Shown here piece by piece: positions 1 through 11,059 of a stretch of 64,000 bases of DNA. A program made the position numbers and the translations under genes. The stretch covers positions 3,776,001 through 3,840,000 of the forward strand of contig OZ241917.1 in the NCBI GenBank assembly GCA_965203805.1, in the 5' to 3' direction. How positions within the stretch are numbered: the stretch's first letter is position 1; the number at the start of each line of letters is the position of its first letter. The stretch comes from Candidatus Latescibacterota bacterium (GTDB lineage: Bacteria; Latescibacterota; UBA2968; GCA-2709665). The notes below the pieces were generated by a model. The model worked only from the letters and a program-made list of their open reading frames with translations. It had not been told where the DNA came from and made no database searches.

Positions 1-2
1 AG

Positions 3-3000
3 ATGGTAGTGGGATTGCTCGGAATTCTTAGTGCGGGCGGAGCATATCTACCTTTGGACACTACCTTCCCCAAAGAGCGGCTGGCTTTTGTCCTTAGGAA
101 TTCGAAAGCGGATATTGTTGTCACCTCCCTGCAGACCGGCAGGCTATTGCCGAAGGATGTGCACAAAGTATTTCTCGATCCAGCCTATCAGTCCATCGCT
201 TCTGAAAGCGCAGATGCCCCAGAAAGTGGAGTCAGAAGCTCTGATCTCGCCTATACGATCTATACTTCTGGTTCAACTGGTCGTCCAAGGGGAGTCATGG
301 TTACGCACAAATGTCTTGTGAATTATGTGACTTGGAGCATCAGAGCTTATCGACTCAGCGAAAGGTCTGCAGTTGCGGTGAATTCGCCTCTGGCCTTCGA
401 CCTTACTGTCACTAGCTTATTAAGCCCTCTGATTGCGGGGGGCAGGCTAGTACTGCTGTCGGAGCAAGACCCCATTGGGGAACTGAAAAATGCCGCTAAA
501 ATGGGTTTACGATTTGACCTTCTAAAGTTGACTCCTGCACATCTAGATTTGCTTTCGGATCTGGTGTCGCCAAGCGAAGCTAAGGATTTCGCAAAAACCA
601 TCGTAATTGGAGGAGAGGGCCTTTATGGACGCCATGTCGCCTTCTGGATCCGCAATTCTCCACATACTCGGCTAATCAATGAGTATGGTCCTACTGAGAC
701 GGTTGTTGGATGCTGTGTCTCAGAGGTTGTTCCTTCGCAACCCCACGAACTTCCTGTGCCAATTGGCATGCCAATAAAAAACGCTCGGATGTATGTGTTA
801 GATGACGAACTGCAGCCCTTGCCGGTAAATGTGCCTGGTGAAATATACATTGGGGGGCAGGTGGTTAGTAGCGGATATTGCAACGACTCTCGAGGCACAG
901 CAGACAGGTTCATCCCAGACCCATTCAACCCAATTTCTGGATCGAGAATGTACCGTAGTGGTGACCTCGGCCGCATTCGTGCGGACGGCCAGATCGAATT
1001 TCTTGGCAGGTTGGACTGGCAGATCAAGGTCCGTGGATATCGAATTGAACTCGGGGAGATTGAAGCAACCCTCAATAACCACCCAAACGTGAGTAGTTCG
1101 GTTGTGATCAATTGCTGTAGTGGTGACAAAATTGTTCAGGCACGCCTAGTAGCGTATTTTATGCCAATAGTAGGCGCAGACGTTGATCAAGAGACATTGT
1201 TGTCATTCGCTCGTAGTTGGCTGCCCGAATATATGGTGCCATCCGACGTCATATTGGTGCGTGAGTGGCCGCTAACAAGCAATGGCAAGATAGACCGCAG
1301 TGCACTGACAACAATGCACCCCGGTATCCGAGCCTCTAAATCAAGATACGTCGCCCCAACTACAAATGCTGAGCGATCCATATGCGGGATTTGGGCTGAA
1401 GTGTTGGGAGTGGATGTTATTGGCACAATGGATGATTTCTTTGAACTTGGGGGCGATTCGTTATCGGCCGTACGAGTATTGGGGCGTGTATGTGAGGAAT
1501 TTGGTGTGAAGCTCTCGTTGCGGCGGCTGTTTGAGAGTCCGACGGTATCTGGGTTGGCGATTCTCATTGACGCGGAGGGTGGTTTGCAGGGAAAGGTCGG
1601 AAATTCGTCCATGATACCTCGGGCCAATAGAAGCGAGGATGCACTGCCGCTTTCGTTTGCACAGCAGCGGCTGTGGTTTTTTGATCAACTGGAGCCAGGA
1701 AATGCCTTCTATAATATACCGTCTGCGGTTCGTCTACGTGGTCCACTTTGTATGACTGCTCTTTGGTGGAGTGTAAATGAGATAATCCGGCGACATGAGT
1801 CTCTGCGCACAACCTTTGCGAGGCGTGAAGGACAGCCTATACAAGTAGTGGCAGATGAGTTACAGCTGCCGTTGAGGGTGATAGACTTACGAGGTCTTCC
1901 AGATGCAGAACAGCGCGCTCAACAATTAGCCCGCAGGGAGGCTGAGCGTGCTTTTTCACTGGAATGCGGTCCGTTGTTAAGGATCGTGTTATTGTGGATA
2001 GGTGACGAGGATTACCTGCTGGTACGGATAACACACCACATAATCTCTGATGGTTGGTCTGAGAGTATTTTTCTTAAAGAGTTGGCTGTTTTCTACAATG
2101 GTCGTGTAAGTGGTCGGCATACAACTCTTCCAGCGCTACCCATCCAATATGTTGATTTCTCGGTTTGGCAGCGACAACAGTTGCAGGGTGAAATGCTGGC
2201 GAAACAACAAGCATATTGGAATGAGCAACTGCGAGATAGCCCACCTATTTTAAAGCTACCTATTGATCGTCCCAGACCAGAGATACAATCGTTTCGAGGT
2301 GGTGTATGCTCCCTGAAGTTACCGAAAGAGCAGACCGAAGAACTGAAGAAATTGAGCCGTCAAGAAGGGACGACATTGTTCATGACATTGCTGACGGCAC
2401 TCAAGGTTTTGCTGTACAGACTCAGTGGTCAGAGCGATATCTGCGTGGGGACTCCAATTTCCAATCGCACACGCCCTGAAACAGAGGGGATCATAGGGCT
2501 ATTTCTAAACATGCTGCCCTTGCGAACACATGTGCAAGAGGATATGAGCTTTCGCGACCTGCTTAGAACGGTGCAAAAGACTTGCCTAGATGCATTCGCA
2601 AATAAAGATATCCCATTCGAAATGTTGGTTGACACCTCAGATGTTGAAAGGAACCTAAGCAATACCCCGCTATTTCAAGTGACTTTCAACATGCTAAATT
2701 TCGAGTCGACTGATGGCAACTTCCAAGCGTTGGAATCTGAAAGGCTTTCAATCTATGGAGATTTGGTTTCGAAATTTGATCTCACACTCTATGCCCGAGG
2801 GGGAGATCGTCTAGAGTTTGCCTGGGTTTACAATTCAGAACTGTTTCAGGAGGAAACAGTGCGTATGCTGTTAAGCCAGCTACAAGCATTACTGACGCAA
2901 GTTTTGTGTGATCCTAACCAGATCATCTCACGCATACACTTGGCTTTCAGGGAACATGAGGGAGAACTTGGGCAAAGTAACAGCAAAATTTGGCCAGATC

Positions 3001-4778
3001 GAAAGCGTATTCACTTTGGAAGGGAAGATACTGAGCAGCTGATTACAGCTTGCTTCGCTAAACAAGCTAAACGAAAAAGGAATCACATAGCCGTAGCCTC
3101 TAAAGGCACCCAGTGGACCTATGGATCCCTGGATAAGCGGGCAAACACTATCGCGTCGATGATTCTGCAGCGATGCGGATCGGACTCTGGTCGGATTGGG
3201 CTAATCATCTCACATGATGCGCCGATGGTGGCGAGTATTTTGGGTGTCCTGAAAGCAGGTAAGACCTACGTACCGCTAAACCCGCTGCACCCGTTCGAAC
3301 GTCTTTCAAAAATGGCTTCTCACGCGCGACTTGACGCAGTCGTCACCGACAGCGCTCACGAAGAAATGTCGCGGATGGCAGTAGACGCACAAACATGCAT
3401 CATAAATGTCGAGGACTTGCGGACGAACTCTCTACCGGTAATGTGTAACGGATCACCAGATGAGTTAGCATACATTCTCTATACATCGGGATCAACGGGA
3501 GAGCCAAAGGGAGTGATGCAAAGTCACCGAAATGTGCTGCGCCATATTAGAAACTATACAAACGCGCTGAATATTGCCGATACGGATCGTCTCACACTTC
3601 TATCTTCATACAGTTTTGATGCATCAGTGATGGACATTTTCGGAGCACTTATGAACGGTGCGAGATTACATCTTTTCGATCTAAGGGAGATAGGATTCAG
3701 TCAGTTACCGGAGCAATTCCGGAGGGCTGGAATAACTATCTATCACTCAACACCAACAGTTTATAGACGCTTAATATACCACCTCGGTGACCACAGGCAG
3801 CTTTCCAAAATACGACTGATTGTACTAGGCGGAGAACAGGCAAACAGAAGTGATTTCGACTCATACAAGATGCATTTTTCGAGTAATTGCCTATTCGTAA
3901 ACGGCTTCGGTCCGACGGAATCAACGCTTGCTCTGCAGAGTATCATAAACCAGAACATGACATTTGATGAGAACCATATTTCGGTGGGCTTTCCAGTTGA
4001 GGATATGGATGTAGCGATCGTTGGGGATGATATGGAAGAGCTAGGAGCGGGAGCGACTGGAGAGATAATCCTCAAGAGTAGTGCGTTGGCACTGGGCTAT
4101 TGGGCTAATCCCGATGAGACCCAAAGAGTCTTCCGACAAGACCCGACAAACCCAGATCACCGCCAGTATCGCACTGGAGACCTGGGACGTCGCTTGCCGG
4201 ATGGCAGCATTGAGTTCAGGGGACGGAGAGATCGCCAGGTTAAAGTCGATGGTCACCGGGTCGAACTGGGCGAAGTAGAGCTAAACCTCAGGTCCCTGGA
4301 TGGAATAGACGAAGCGGCCGTGGTCGTAACCAATAGTAGCGAGGGGACGCGTCTGATTGCCTACATTGTAGTCAAAGAGTCAGCACAACTCTCAGAAAGA
4401 GAGTACCGCAAAATCCTGGCTCGAAAACTGCCTCGCTATATGTTGCCCTCACGCTTTGTTCGATTGCCGACCTTACCACTTAATCCTAATGGCAAGATAG
4501 ACTACGCTTTGCTGCCTTTACAAGAGACCACTGGCCAAAAACAGATACATAAAGTGAGCGCTCCTAGGAACAATAATGAGTGTCAATTAGCCGATATCTG
4601 GTGCGACCTCCTTGAATTAGATCAGGTTGGTATTGATGACGATTTCTTCGACCTTGGTGGGGACTCTCTGTTGTTAATCCAGGTTTATGACCGGTTAAGG
4701 GAAGTTTTGGACGATCAGATAATGGTAATTGACCTATTCAGGTATCCAACAATACGATCATTTTTCGACGCAATCTAA
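3..4778 (+). CDS. Non-ribosomal peptide synthetase, 3' part (5'-truncated by window edge): A-T-C-A-T, no thioesterase
   Basis: A-domain cores YTSGSTGRPRG/YGPTE/YRSGDL/NGKIDR and YTSGSTGEPKG/FGPTE/YRTGDL/NGKIDY; two PCP motifs FFxLGGDSL; condensation motif HHIISDGWS; protein ends just after the second PCP. Confidence 0.95.
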   Translation: MVVGLLGILSAGGAYLPLDTTFPKERLAFVLRNSKADIVVTSLQTGRLLPKDVHKVFLDPAYQSIASESADAPESGVRSSDLAYTIYTSGSTGRPRGVMVTHKCLVNYVTWSIRAYRLSERSAVAVNSPLAFDLTVTSLLSPLIAGGRLVLLSEQDPIGELKNAAKMGLRFDLLKLTPAHLDLLSDLVSPSEAKDFAKTIVIGGEGLYGRHVAFWIRNSPHTRLINEYGPTETVVGCCVSEVVPSQPHELPVPIGMPIKNARMYVLDDELQPLPVNVPGEIYIGGQVVSSGYCNDSRGTADRFIPDPFNPISGSRMYRSGDLGRIRADGQIEFLGRLDWQIKVRGYRIELGEIEATLNNHPNVSSSVVINCCSGDKIVQARLVAYFMPIVGADVDQETLLSFARSWLPEYMVPSDVILVREWPLTSNGKIDRSALTTMHPGIRASKSRYVAPTTNAERSICGIWAEVLGVDVIGTMDDFFELGGDSLSAVRVLGRVCEEFGVKLSLRRLFESPTVSGLAILIDAEGGLQGKVGNSSMIPRANRSEDALPLSFAQQRLWFFDQLEPGNAFYNIPSAVRLRGPLCMTALWWSVNEIIRRHESLRTTFARREGQPIQVVADELQLPLRVIDLRGLPDAEQRAQQLARREAERAFSLECGPLLRIVLLWIGDEDYLLVRITHHIISDGWSESIFLKELAVFYNGRVSGRHTTLPALPIQYVDFSVWQRQQLQGEMLAKQQAYWNEQLRDSPPILKLPIDRPRPEIQSFRGGVCSLKLPKEQTEELKKLSRQEGTTLFMTLLTALKVLLYRLSGQSDICVGTPISNRTRPETEGIIGLFLNMLPLRTHVQEDMSFRDLLRTVQKTCLDAFANKDIPFEMLVDTSDVERNLSNTPLFQVTFNMLNFESTDGNFQALESERLSIYGDLVSKFDLTLYARGGDRLEFAWVYNSELFQEETVRMLLSQLQALLTQVLCDPNQIISRIHLAFREHEGELGQSNSKIWPDRKRIHFGREDTEQLITACFAKQAKRKRNHIAVASKGTQWTYGSLDKRANTIASMILQRCGSDSGRIGLIISHDAPMVASILGVLKAGKTYVPLNPLHPFERLSKMASHARLDAVVTDSAHEEMSRMAVDAQTCIINVEDLRTNSLPVMCNGSPDELAYILYTSGSTGEPKGVMQSHRNVLRHIRNYTNALNIADTDRLTLLSSYSFDASVMDIFGALMNGARLHLFDLREIGFSQLPEQFRRAGITIYHSTPTVYRRLIYHLGDHRQLSKIRLIVLGGEQANRSDFDSYKMHFSSNCLFVNGFGPTESTLALQSIINQNMTFDENHISVGFPVEDMDVAIVGDDMEELGAGATGEIILKSSALALGYWANPDETQRVFRQDPTNPDHRQYRTGDLGRRLPDGSIEFRGRRDRQVKVDGHRVELGEVELNLRSLDGIDEAAVVVTNSSEGTRLIAYIVVKESAQLSEREYRKILARKLPRYMLPSRFVRLPTLPLNPNGKIDYALLPLQETTGQKQIHKVSAPRNNNECQLADIWCDLLELDQVGIDDDFFDLGGDSLLLIQVYDRLREVLDDQIMVIDLFRYPTIRSFFDAI

Positions 4779-4879
4779 ACCTTTTTTATCGACACGTGAA
4801 AAAGACACGATTTCGTGGACAACCTTCTTGTTGTTGTTTTAAGAAAACACAAGGTTTACTATGCCACAGAAACGCCCTG

Positions 4880-5200
4880 TCGTCTTATTGAAACGCTTTG
4901 TCATACAAAGTACCAACGACACATCATTTTGTGCGGTCGGATGAACTCACGCAGGATCGTGATCCCGACGTTATAGCCTTGTGAACGCAGTTCCTGCAAC
5001 AGCAACGTGTCGGAAAATTTTCCGCACCAAACGCGGCTGGGTTGTATTCTTGCGCGCATCTAGCGTTGAAACAAGCCTCGCCCTGAGCATGGGAAATACG
5101 TCCCGACGTTTGAGGTGGGTTATACACTGGGTTTGACCCGAGACTCCCGAATGCCTAGCTATCCACGCGTAATGCTTGTTTTGCGAGGATATCACAATCG
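4880..5200 (-). pseudogene. Degraded IS21-family (IstA-like) transposase remnant
   Basis: Minus-strand fragments WIARHSGVSGQT (HTH-like) and LLQELRSQGYNVGITILREFIRP resemble the IstA N-terminus; interrupted by frameshifts and stops; boundaries approximate. Confidence 0.45.
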
Positions 5201-5385
5201 GCAATGGCTCTTCTGCTCCAAACGCTGGATTCTTCGCGGAAGTTTCCATCTTTATACCGTCGTTTCTATCTAATTTACACCGATTCTGAGAGTAACTTTC
5301 CTATGCAAAGATCACACTCAATGGGGACCGTGACACAGGGTCAATACACCTTCGCTAACAGAGGTGGTCATCGGAAAGGAGAATC

Positions 5386-6597
5386 TTGGCAATGTGGGCA
5401 GGCCTATGTGAAAAATTAAGAAAAGAGACAGAATACTGCGAGGGTCGCTCTGATCTATATCGCGATCTGTTCAAAGTGTTCCAAAGCTGGAGCATGAGTA
5501 TTCGAGACGAAAAAAAACAGTTGCACAGATCTGTCGAAAATTTCCGAACAATCGTAGGTGAAGTGTGGCATGACAAGACATTTACGACCGCTATGGAACA
5601 GCCCCTACTGTTGGGTGCCCTGGTACACGGGTTCGCACTCTCAGGGATCGCACCTTTGCTCCGGTCGAAGTTTCCTACGACCGGTGGATCTTACGATTCA
5701 CTGAAGGACCACCGAAAACTAGCAGAATTGGTGGCAATGTTGTTCGTGGATCATGATGACGTCATTCGCTCGGTTCTTCATTCTCGACGACTTCAAACAA
5801 ACGAAGTGTCCCGAAGCATCACTTGGCTTGTTCCATACCTGCTCCTAAATAGCAAAAAAAAGCTGCCATGCATACTCATAGAGCTAGGATGTAGCGCGGG
5901 TCTCAACCTAATAGCTGACAAGCTTGAATGGGACTGGGAAGTGGATATGCAGCACGTTCGATTTGGGAACAAGTGCAACATTAAGCAAAGGCTCACGGCG
6001 GACAGTGACCTTCAGTTAGCCAGTGTTTTGGAACAACTACCGATACTCTCTTCTTTGGTAACGAAACGACTTGGATGCGATTTAAGCGTACCGAATGTGT
6101 TCGATGATGGGGATATGCTGGATTTGAGCGCCTGCATCTGGGGGGATGATCCTGGACGTCTTTCAAGGTTTCAAGATTCCGTATCCATTCGAAGATCCTT
6201 TGGCCCAAACGGTGGTGTTGTGGATTTGACTGAGATCGACTTATTTGAGTTCCTTCCGTCGATAGACCCTCGCGTCCTTCTGGAAGCCAATGAGCCACAC
6301 TTGCTAATCGTATATAACACGATTGTAACGACATACTTTGATCGTGAAAGCTACAATCATCTGAGATCGCAAATAGATCGCCTGTTTGCCAGATTTAGAA
6401 ATCATCATTGCATTTGGCTTGAGCACGAAACGCTCAGAGAAGAGACATCTGACGAAAATGTCCCCCAAACCGAGAGTCATATAAGTGCTCACTTTGTAGA
6501 CAAGGGCGACCTAAAGACTGAATGCATCGCATCTACCGAGATGCACCCTCGGAATATACATTGGCATTTCTCAGGCAGTGGCTTGCTCGATAGATAG
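5386..6597 (+). CDS. DUF2332-family protein (SAM-methyltransferase-like motif I)
   Basis: Motifs LQTNEVSR, LIELGCSAGLNL, RLGCDL and ACIWGD..GRLSRF; AAGGAG RBS upstream. Confidence 0.8.
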   Translation: MAMWAGLCEKLRKETEYCEGRSDLYRDLFKVFQSWSMSIRDEKKQLHRSVENFRTIVGEVWHDKTFTTAMEQPLLLGALVHGFALSGIAPLLRSKFPTTGGSYDSLKDHRKLAELVAMLFVDHDDVIRSVLHSRRLQTNEVSRSITWLVPYLLLNSKKKLPCILIELGCSAGLNLIADKLEWDWEVDMQHVRFGNKCNIKQRLTADSDLQLASVLEQLPILSSLVTKRLGCDLSVPNVFDDGDMLDLSACIWGDDPGRLSRFQDSVSIRRSFGPNGGVVDLTEIDLFEFLPSIDPRVLLEANEPHLLIVYNTIVTTYFDRESYNHLRSQIDRLFARFRNHHCIWLEHETLREETSDENVPQTESHISAHFVDKGDLKTECIASTEMHPRNIHWHFSGSGLLDR

Positions 6598-7135
6598 CCT
6601 GCCTGTTCGGCAGACAGGCAGGATGCTCGCCAGTGAGATCAGTAGCAACATTAGCGGTGACGAAGGCAACGAAGTCTCCAATATTGAGGGTCGCGATCTG
6701 ACTCCCTGAGTATGCAGGACGTAACGTGAGCGAACGCTGCGTAGGCTTACCAGTGACTTTGTGGTATGCAGGCTTTGATAATCGTAATACGTGAGCCCAC
6801 CTCTTCACCCTGTTCGCCTTGGCCAACTTCCATCTCGTCCCGCGGGAAATGACCACCTCCTAAGGAAAAGTCCGTCCGGACGGGGCACAGCACCCCGGAC
6901 GGGACGCATCTCTGCCTCGAATAACCCCTACAACCATCCTAAATCACGTCCTTTTCAACACACTCATTTCGCACCGCGTCTTCGTATAATCGCGTTGATC
7001 AGAGGTTCCTTCATTGTTTCGCCCACGAATGACAGAAAGTACGATTTGCCAGACGGAATGCGAGTCACCTAGACCGTTACCTTTAGTAGATAGTTCACGC
7101 GGCTTCTTCTTGCACGCAAATTAGGTCGTTTTCCA

Positions 7136-9667
7136 ATGCTCTACTGCATCGCACATAGCGAACCGCTCCAGCTTAACCTTAAGCGGATTCTTCTTCTCAA
7201 CGGAAGCATTTGGGTATGTTGGTTCACTCTAGTGCCGTGTATTCCCGCGATTGGTCATGAATCGAACCTGCCCACGAGGACTGCTGCCACCGTACGTATA
7301 CGTGAGACCCCTCCCAGAATAGATGGGATAATAGATGATCCTGTTTGGCAGATCGTTCCAGTGACTAGCGAGTTCAGGCAACGTGAACCCGATGTAGGTA
7401 AGGCCGCCACAGAAAAAACTACAGTTCAGATTGTCTACGACAACAAGGCGATTTACATCGCTATCCGGTGTCACGACGAAAATTCTGGTGAGATTGTAGC
7501 GCGGAGAACGCGTCGCGACTACTGGGTCGATATGGATTGGGTTGCCGTGCACATTGATCCGCTTCATGACCATGAAACTGGCTACGTGTTCCAAGTTGGT
7601 GCCTCTGGATCGATGTTGGATGGAATTCTATTTGACGACAGTCTCCGTGATGTAACGTGGGACGGTGTCTGGGACGCAAAGGTTTCAATCGACGAATATG
7701 GATGGAGCACCGAAATTCACATACCCTTCCACGTGGTGCGGTTCGTTAGTGAGAGTAGCCGATCAGATAATTATTGGGGTATTAATTTCGAGCGACATGT
7801 GTTGCGTCGACAAGAGCGCAGCCACTGGAATCTTGTTCCTCAAGGACAGAGCGGGTGGGTCTCCCGTTTTGGGCACTTAGAAGGGCTTGAGAATGTCGGC
7901 GACCCAACACATTTGGAAGTTAGTCCTTTACTAGTCACGCGCATTGCTGTCAGTAAGTTTGATAACCGAGATCCAATGATCCAAGCCGGACTAAATGCTC
8001 GCTACAACATCACTCCAAATCTCACCTTAGACGTTGTGCTTAACCCTGACTTTGCCCAAGTCGAAGCCGACCCCGCGGAACTGAATCTAACAGTCTTCGA
8101 GACGTTTTTGGAGGAGAGGCGCCCCTTTTTCGTTAAAGGGAAAACCTTGTTCAAGTCACCAGAGCCCCAGATCCATGGGATAGGCAAGCCATCTCAGCTT
8201 TTCTATTCACGTAGAATTGGACGCCCACCCAACCGTTTCCCAATCCCGTTAGAGAGCGAGGAGTGGAGCCGTCCATCGGCAACAACTATCCTCGGTGCCG
8301 GGAGGTTCTTTGGTAAGACGCGTCAAGGGACATCTTTCGCTTTTATCGACGCACTTACTGCAAAAGAAAAAGTTGATATTACAGCAGTTCCTTCAGCAGG
8401 GACGGAACACATTGTGGCTCGTCGAAACTTCCTCATAGAACCTTTGACAAACTACTTTGTTGGAAGAGTAAAGCATGACTTTCGGAGGAAATCCTCAATT
8501 GGATTCACACTTACAACCGTCAACTATTCAGGGTCCAATGGTTCCTATGTTGGAAGTTTTGACAGTTCGACAAAGTGGAAGGAGAATGTATATCGACTCT
8601 ACACGAGATTATCGGGTAGCAGCACGGATCCTGCTGACGAACGATCGAACGGATATGAAGCAATTGCGTACTTCTCGAAGCTATCGGGCTTTCTAGGTGG
8701 TCAGATATACCTTGATGCACGTTCTCCCGGCTTCAACGCCAATGATCTTGGTTTTATGAAACGCAGCAATCGTACGCAGTTGGGCGCCCATGTCTTTGCA
8801 AAGAAGCTTAAGCCATGGAAACTAGGACGAAGATCCGCACTAAATGTAAACGTCTGGGAACATCGATCCTTTCGGGGACTCCGACTTGCGAGAGGCGCGA
8901 ACGTCAACGTCTGGAACCGTTCACATAGGTATTGGCTCTTTAGAATTGGACTTAGCAGGTGGTTCTCGTCTGAAAGTGATCTAGAAACCAGAGGAGGACC
9001 TGTAATGAAACAACCTGCAACTGTAGCCTACTGGCTAAATTTCAACACCGACGACCGCAAACATATCAGTTTGCTATTTTCGCTTTCGGGTTCCGTACGC
9101 GATGGCTCACTAGACCACTCAAGGGTGATCCGTTCGAGAGCAACAGGAAGAATAGGCTTAAATTCGCAGATTCAGCTCTCCGTTGAATCTTCGTACAAAG
9201 TGTATAGAAATGGTGCCCAATGGGTTGCGAACATGGAGCGGGCTACATCTACGCATTACGTATTTGGCGCATTGGAAAGTAAGATCATCGACCTAACGAT
9301 ACGCGGACAAATCGCGTTCAGGACGAATCTGACATTACAAACATATCTGCAGGGCTTTTCCACAACAGGAAAGTACTCCAACTTCAAGGAACTATCTAGA
9401 CCCTACTCCTACGAATTCCTCCCGTTTTTGTACTCGGGTGAGAATCCAGACTTTCGACGCCGTTCGGTCCGGAGCCACATTGTGTTGCGGTGGGAATTCA
9501 AACCCGGGAGCAGCGTGTATCTTGTGTGGTCCCAATTGCGCGAAGCGATGAAAGAAGGTACGTCGCAGTTTACTTTTCGGCCTCTGTCTGAGCTACTGCG
9601 GAGTTTCGCTGATGAAGGGAGGAATATCTTTTATATGAAGTGCAACTTTTGGATGGACTTGAAGTGA
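7136..9667 (+). CDS. CBM9-like + DUF5916 domain outer-membrane protein
   Basis: PRIDGIIDDPVW, F.QREPD.G, WDGVW, WSTEIHIPF, NPDFAQVEAD, ERRPFF, FYSRRIG, LRWEFKPGS; aromatic beta-barrel-like C-terminus; start uncertain. Confidence 0.85.
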   Translation: MLYCIAHSEPLQLNLKRILLLNGSIWVCWFTLVPCIPAIGHESNLPTRTAATVRIRETPPRIDGIIDDPVWQIVPVTSEFRQREPDVGKAATEKTTVQIVYDNKAIYIAIRCHDENSGEIVARRTRRDYWVDMDWVAVHIDPLHDHETGYVFQVGASGSMLDGILFDDSLRDVTWDGVWDAKVSIDEYGWSTEIHIPFHVVRFVSESSRSDNYWGINFERHVLRRQERSHWNLVPQGQSGWVSRFGHLEGLENVGDPTHLEVSPLLVTRIAVSKFDNRDPMIQAGLNARYNITPNLTLDVVLNPDFAQVEADPAELNLTVFETFLEERRPFFVKGKTLFKSPEPQIHGIGKPSQLFYSRRIGRPPNRFPIPLESEEWSRPSATTILGAGRFFGKTRQGTSFAFIDALTAKEKVDITAVPSAGTEHIVARRNFLIEPLTNYFVGRVKHDFRRKSSIGFTLTTVNYSGSNGSYVGSFDSSTKWKENVYRLYTRLSGSSTDPADERSNGYEAIAYFSKLSGFLGGQIYLDARSPGFNANDLGFMKRSNRTQLGAHVFAKKLKPWKLGRRSALNVNVWEHRSFRGLRLARGANVNVWNRSHRYWLFRIGLSRWFSSESDLETRGGPVMKQPATVAYWLNFNTDDRKHISLLFSLSGSVRDGSLDHSRVIRSRATGRIGLNSQIQLSVESSYKVYRNGAQWVANMERATSTHYVFGALESKIIDLTIRGQIAFRTNLTLQTYLQGFSTTGKYSNFKELSRPYSYEFLPFLYSGENPDFRRRSVRSHIVLRWEFKPGSSVYLVWSQLREAMKEGTSQFTFRPLSELLRSFADEGRNIFYMKCNFWMDLK

Positions 9668-9899
9668 GGAACTGCCGAAAGATCCGAATTTGAGATCTCT
9701 GTTTCAAAGTGAGACAATTTTACCCAAAATGAGAGAACGAAGTAAAGGGCGAGGAGCAGCAGAGCTGGCCTGCGAACCGTGCGATCTGTCGTCGCTATTG
9801 CGGTATAGCTAAAAGGTTTGTCCATCCCCGGATACGGTGCATACTTTCAGTTAACCGGCTTTCACGCACTGAATGCAACTTGGTGAGGCCGTCGTTGAT

Positions 9900-10150
9900 C
9901 CTGTGGGCACCAAGCGCCCGATACAAGACCTATTGGCAGGCACAAGGTGCTATCTCGGCACAAAAAAAGGACGGTTGACCATGGTATTGGTGCCCAACAA
10001 AGTGCTGGAGGCGATGCGAGATCTCGAGCGCTTTAACCGACGATTCACTCACGTCGATGCGCCAGGGCGCATAGGCATCCGGCGGGGAATCCACTCCACT
10101 TCCGCATTCCGAACAGGACGGCGCATAAGACTCAACGGCCATTCCGTTAC
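9900..10150 (+). pseudogene. Possible IS110-family transposase remnant
   Basis: GRLTMVLVPNKVLEAMRDLER resembles IS110 GxLxxVxVPxxxxEAxRDLxR; the rest is degenerate; boundaries approximate. Confidence 0.35.
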
Positions 10151-10241
10151 CAGCCTGCCAAGACACGTCGAGCGAAGGCTATGTGGCCGACAATCCTCAT
10201 TTTCATAGGAATGCCGTGCCGATATTGGGAGATTTCAGATT

Positions 10242-10871
10242 ATGTGGCACGTTAGCGACCTCTATGTGATGCTGGATCTGACGGCATACTTTAACAACGA
10301 CGGGATCTCTTGCGATGCAGACCGCACAGACGGCGACTTTACGGGTCTAGGAAATACGTACCCTGAGGAGGATTTGCCGGCATCCAATTCAGTCTTAGTA
10401 TGCGACGGTGTGGTATTCCGATTTCCTGACAAGAAAGACGGCCTTAATAACAACATCTGTCTCGAGGGCCAATGCATCCCGGTCCCTGAGGATCGGTACG
10501 ACGGCCTCTGCCTTCTCGGAGCGTCTAGTGGCTTCAGCGTGGAAGATAGCGTTCGTTTTCGATTGGCGGATGGTAGGTGCGAGAATGAGTTTCTCGGACT
10601 GAGTTCCTGGCGGTTATGTCACAGTTTAAAGTACGGTGAACGAGTGGCAATCAAGTGTTCCGGGTATCACTTTCCGTCACAGCATGTGTATACCGACCGA
10701 ATCGATGTGGACTATGGAATTTGGATGCAAGTCATCCCAATTCGCAGCCTCGGGCTTGTGACCTATATCGAATTCCCCGACAATCCGGATCTGCATATTT
10801 TCTCAATCACCATGCGTCGGGTACCCGTATTTGAGAGCGATGTCAATGATCTGCTTGATGATGCGACTTGA
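10242..10871 (+). CDS. Hypothetical beta-sandwich protein (glycosidase accessory-domain-like)
   Basis: LDLTAYFNNDGI..DGDF.G.GNTYP..LP, NNICLEGQCIPV, C-terminal IEFPDNPDLHIFSITM; clean 209-aa ORF. Confidence 0.65.
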   Translation: MWHVSDLYVMLDLTAYFNNDGISCDADRTDGDFTGLGNTYPEEDLPASNSVLVCDGVVFRFPDKKDGLNNNICLEGQCIPVPEDRYDGLCLLGASSGFSVEDSVRFRLADGRCENEFLGLSSWRLCHSLKYGERVAIKCSGYHFPSQHVYTDRIDVDYGIWMQVIPIRSLGLVTYIEFPDNPDLHIFSITMRRVPVFESDVNDLLDDAT

Positions 10872-11059
10872 GGATCGCTGTAATGGTGCCGCGTCAGGTA
10901 AGAGTAAAGTGGACTTGGGGATCAAGAACACAATTGTATCTTTAGACGATTCTGTCGATAACCATTTCCCGCCGGGATTGTGCCTATATTGTCGTCAAAT
11001 AAGCGAGTTTCGTTTGCAGCACATCGATCTGTGCTTGTCGTGGTTGCTACCGTGAATAG

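Noticed and set aside
6598-7135. Hairpins (GCCTGCCTG-TTCG-GCAGACAGGC; CCGTCCGG..CCGGACGG) as a riboswitch or ncRNA
   Set aside because: No recognisable riboswitch consensus; likely terminator or REP-like elements; an Rfam/Infernal scan would be needed
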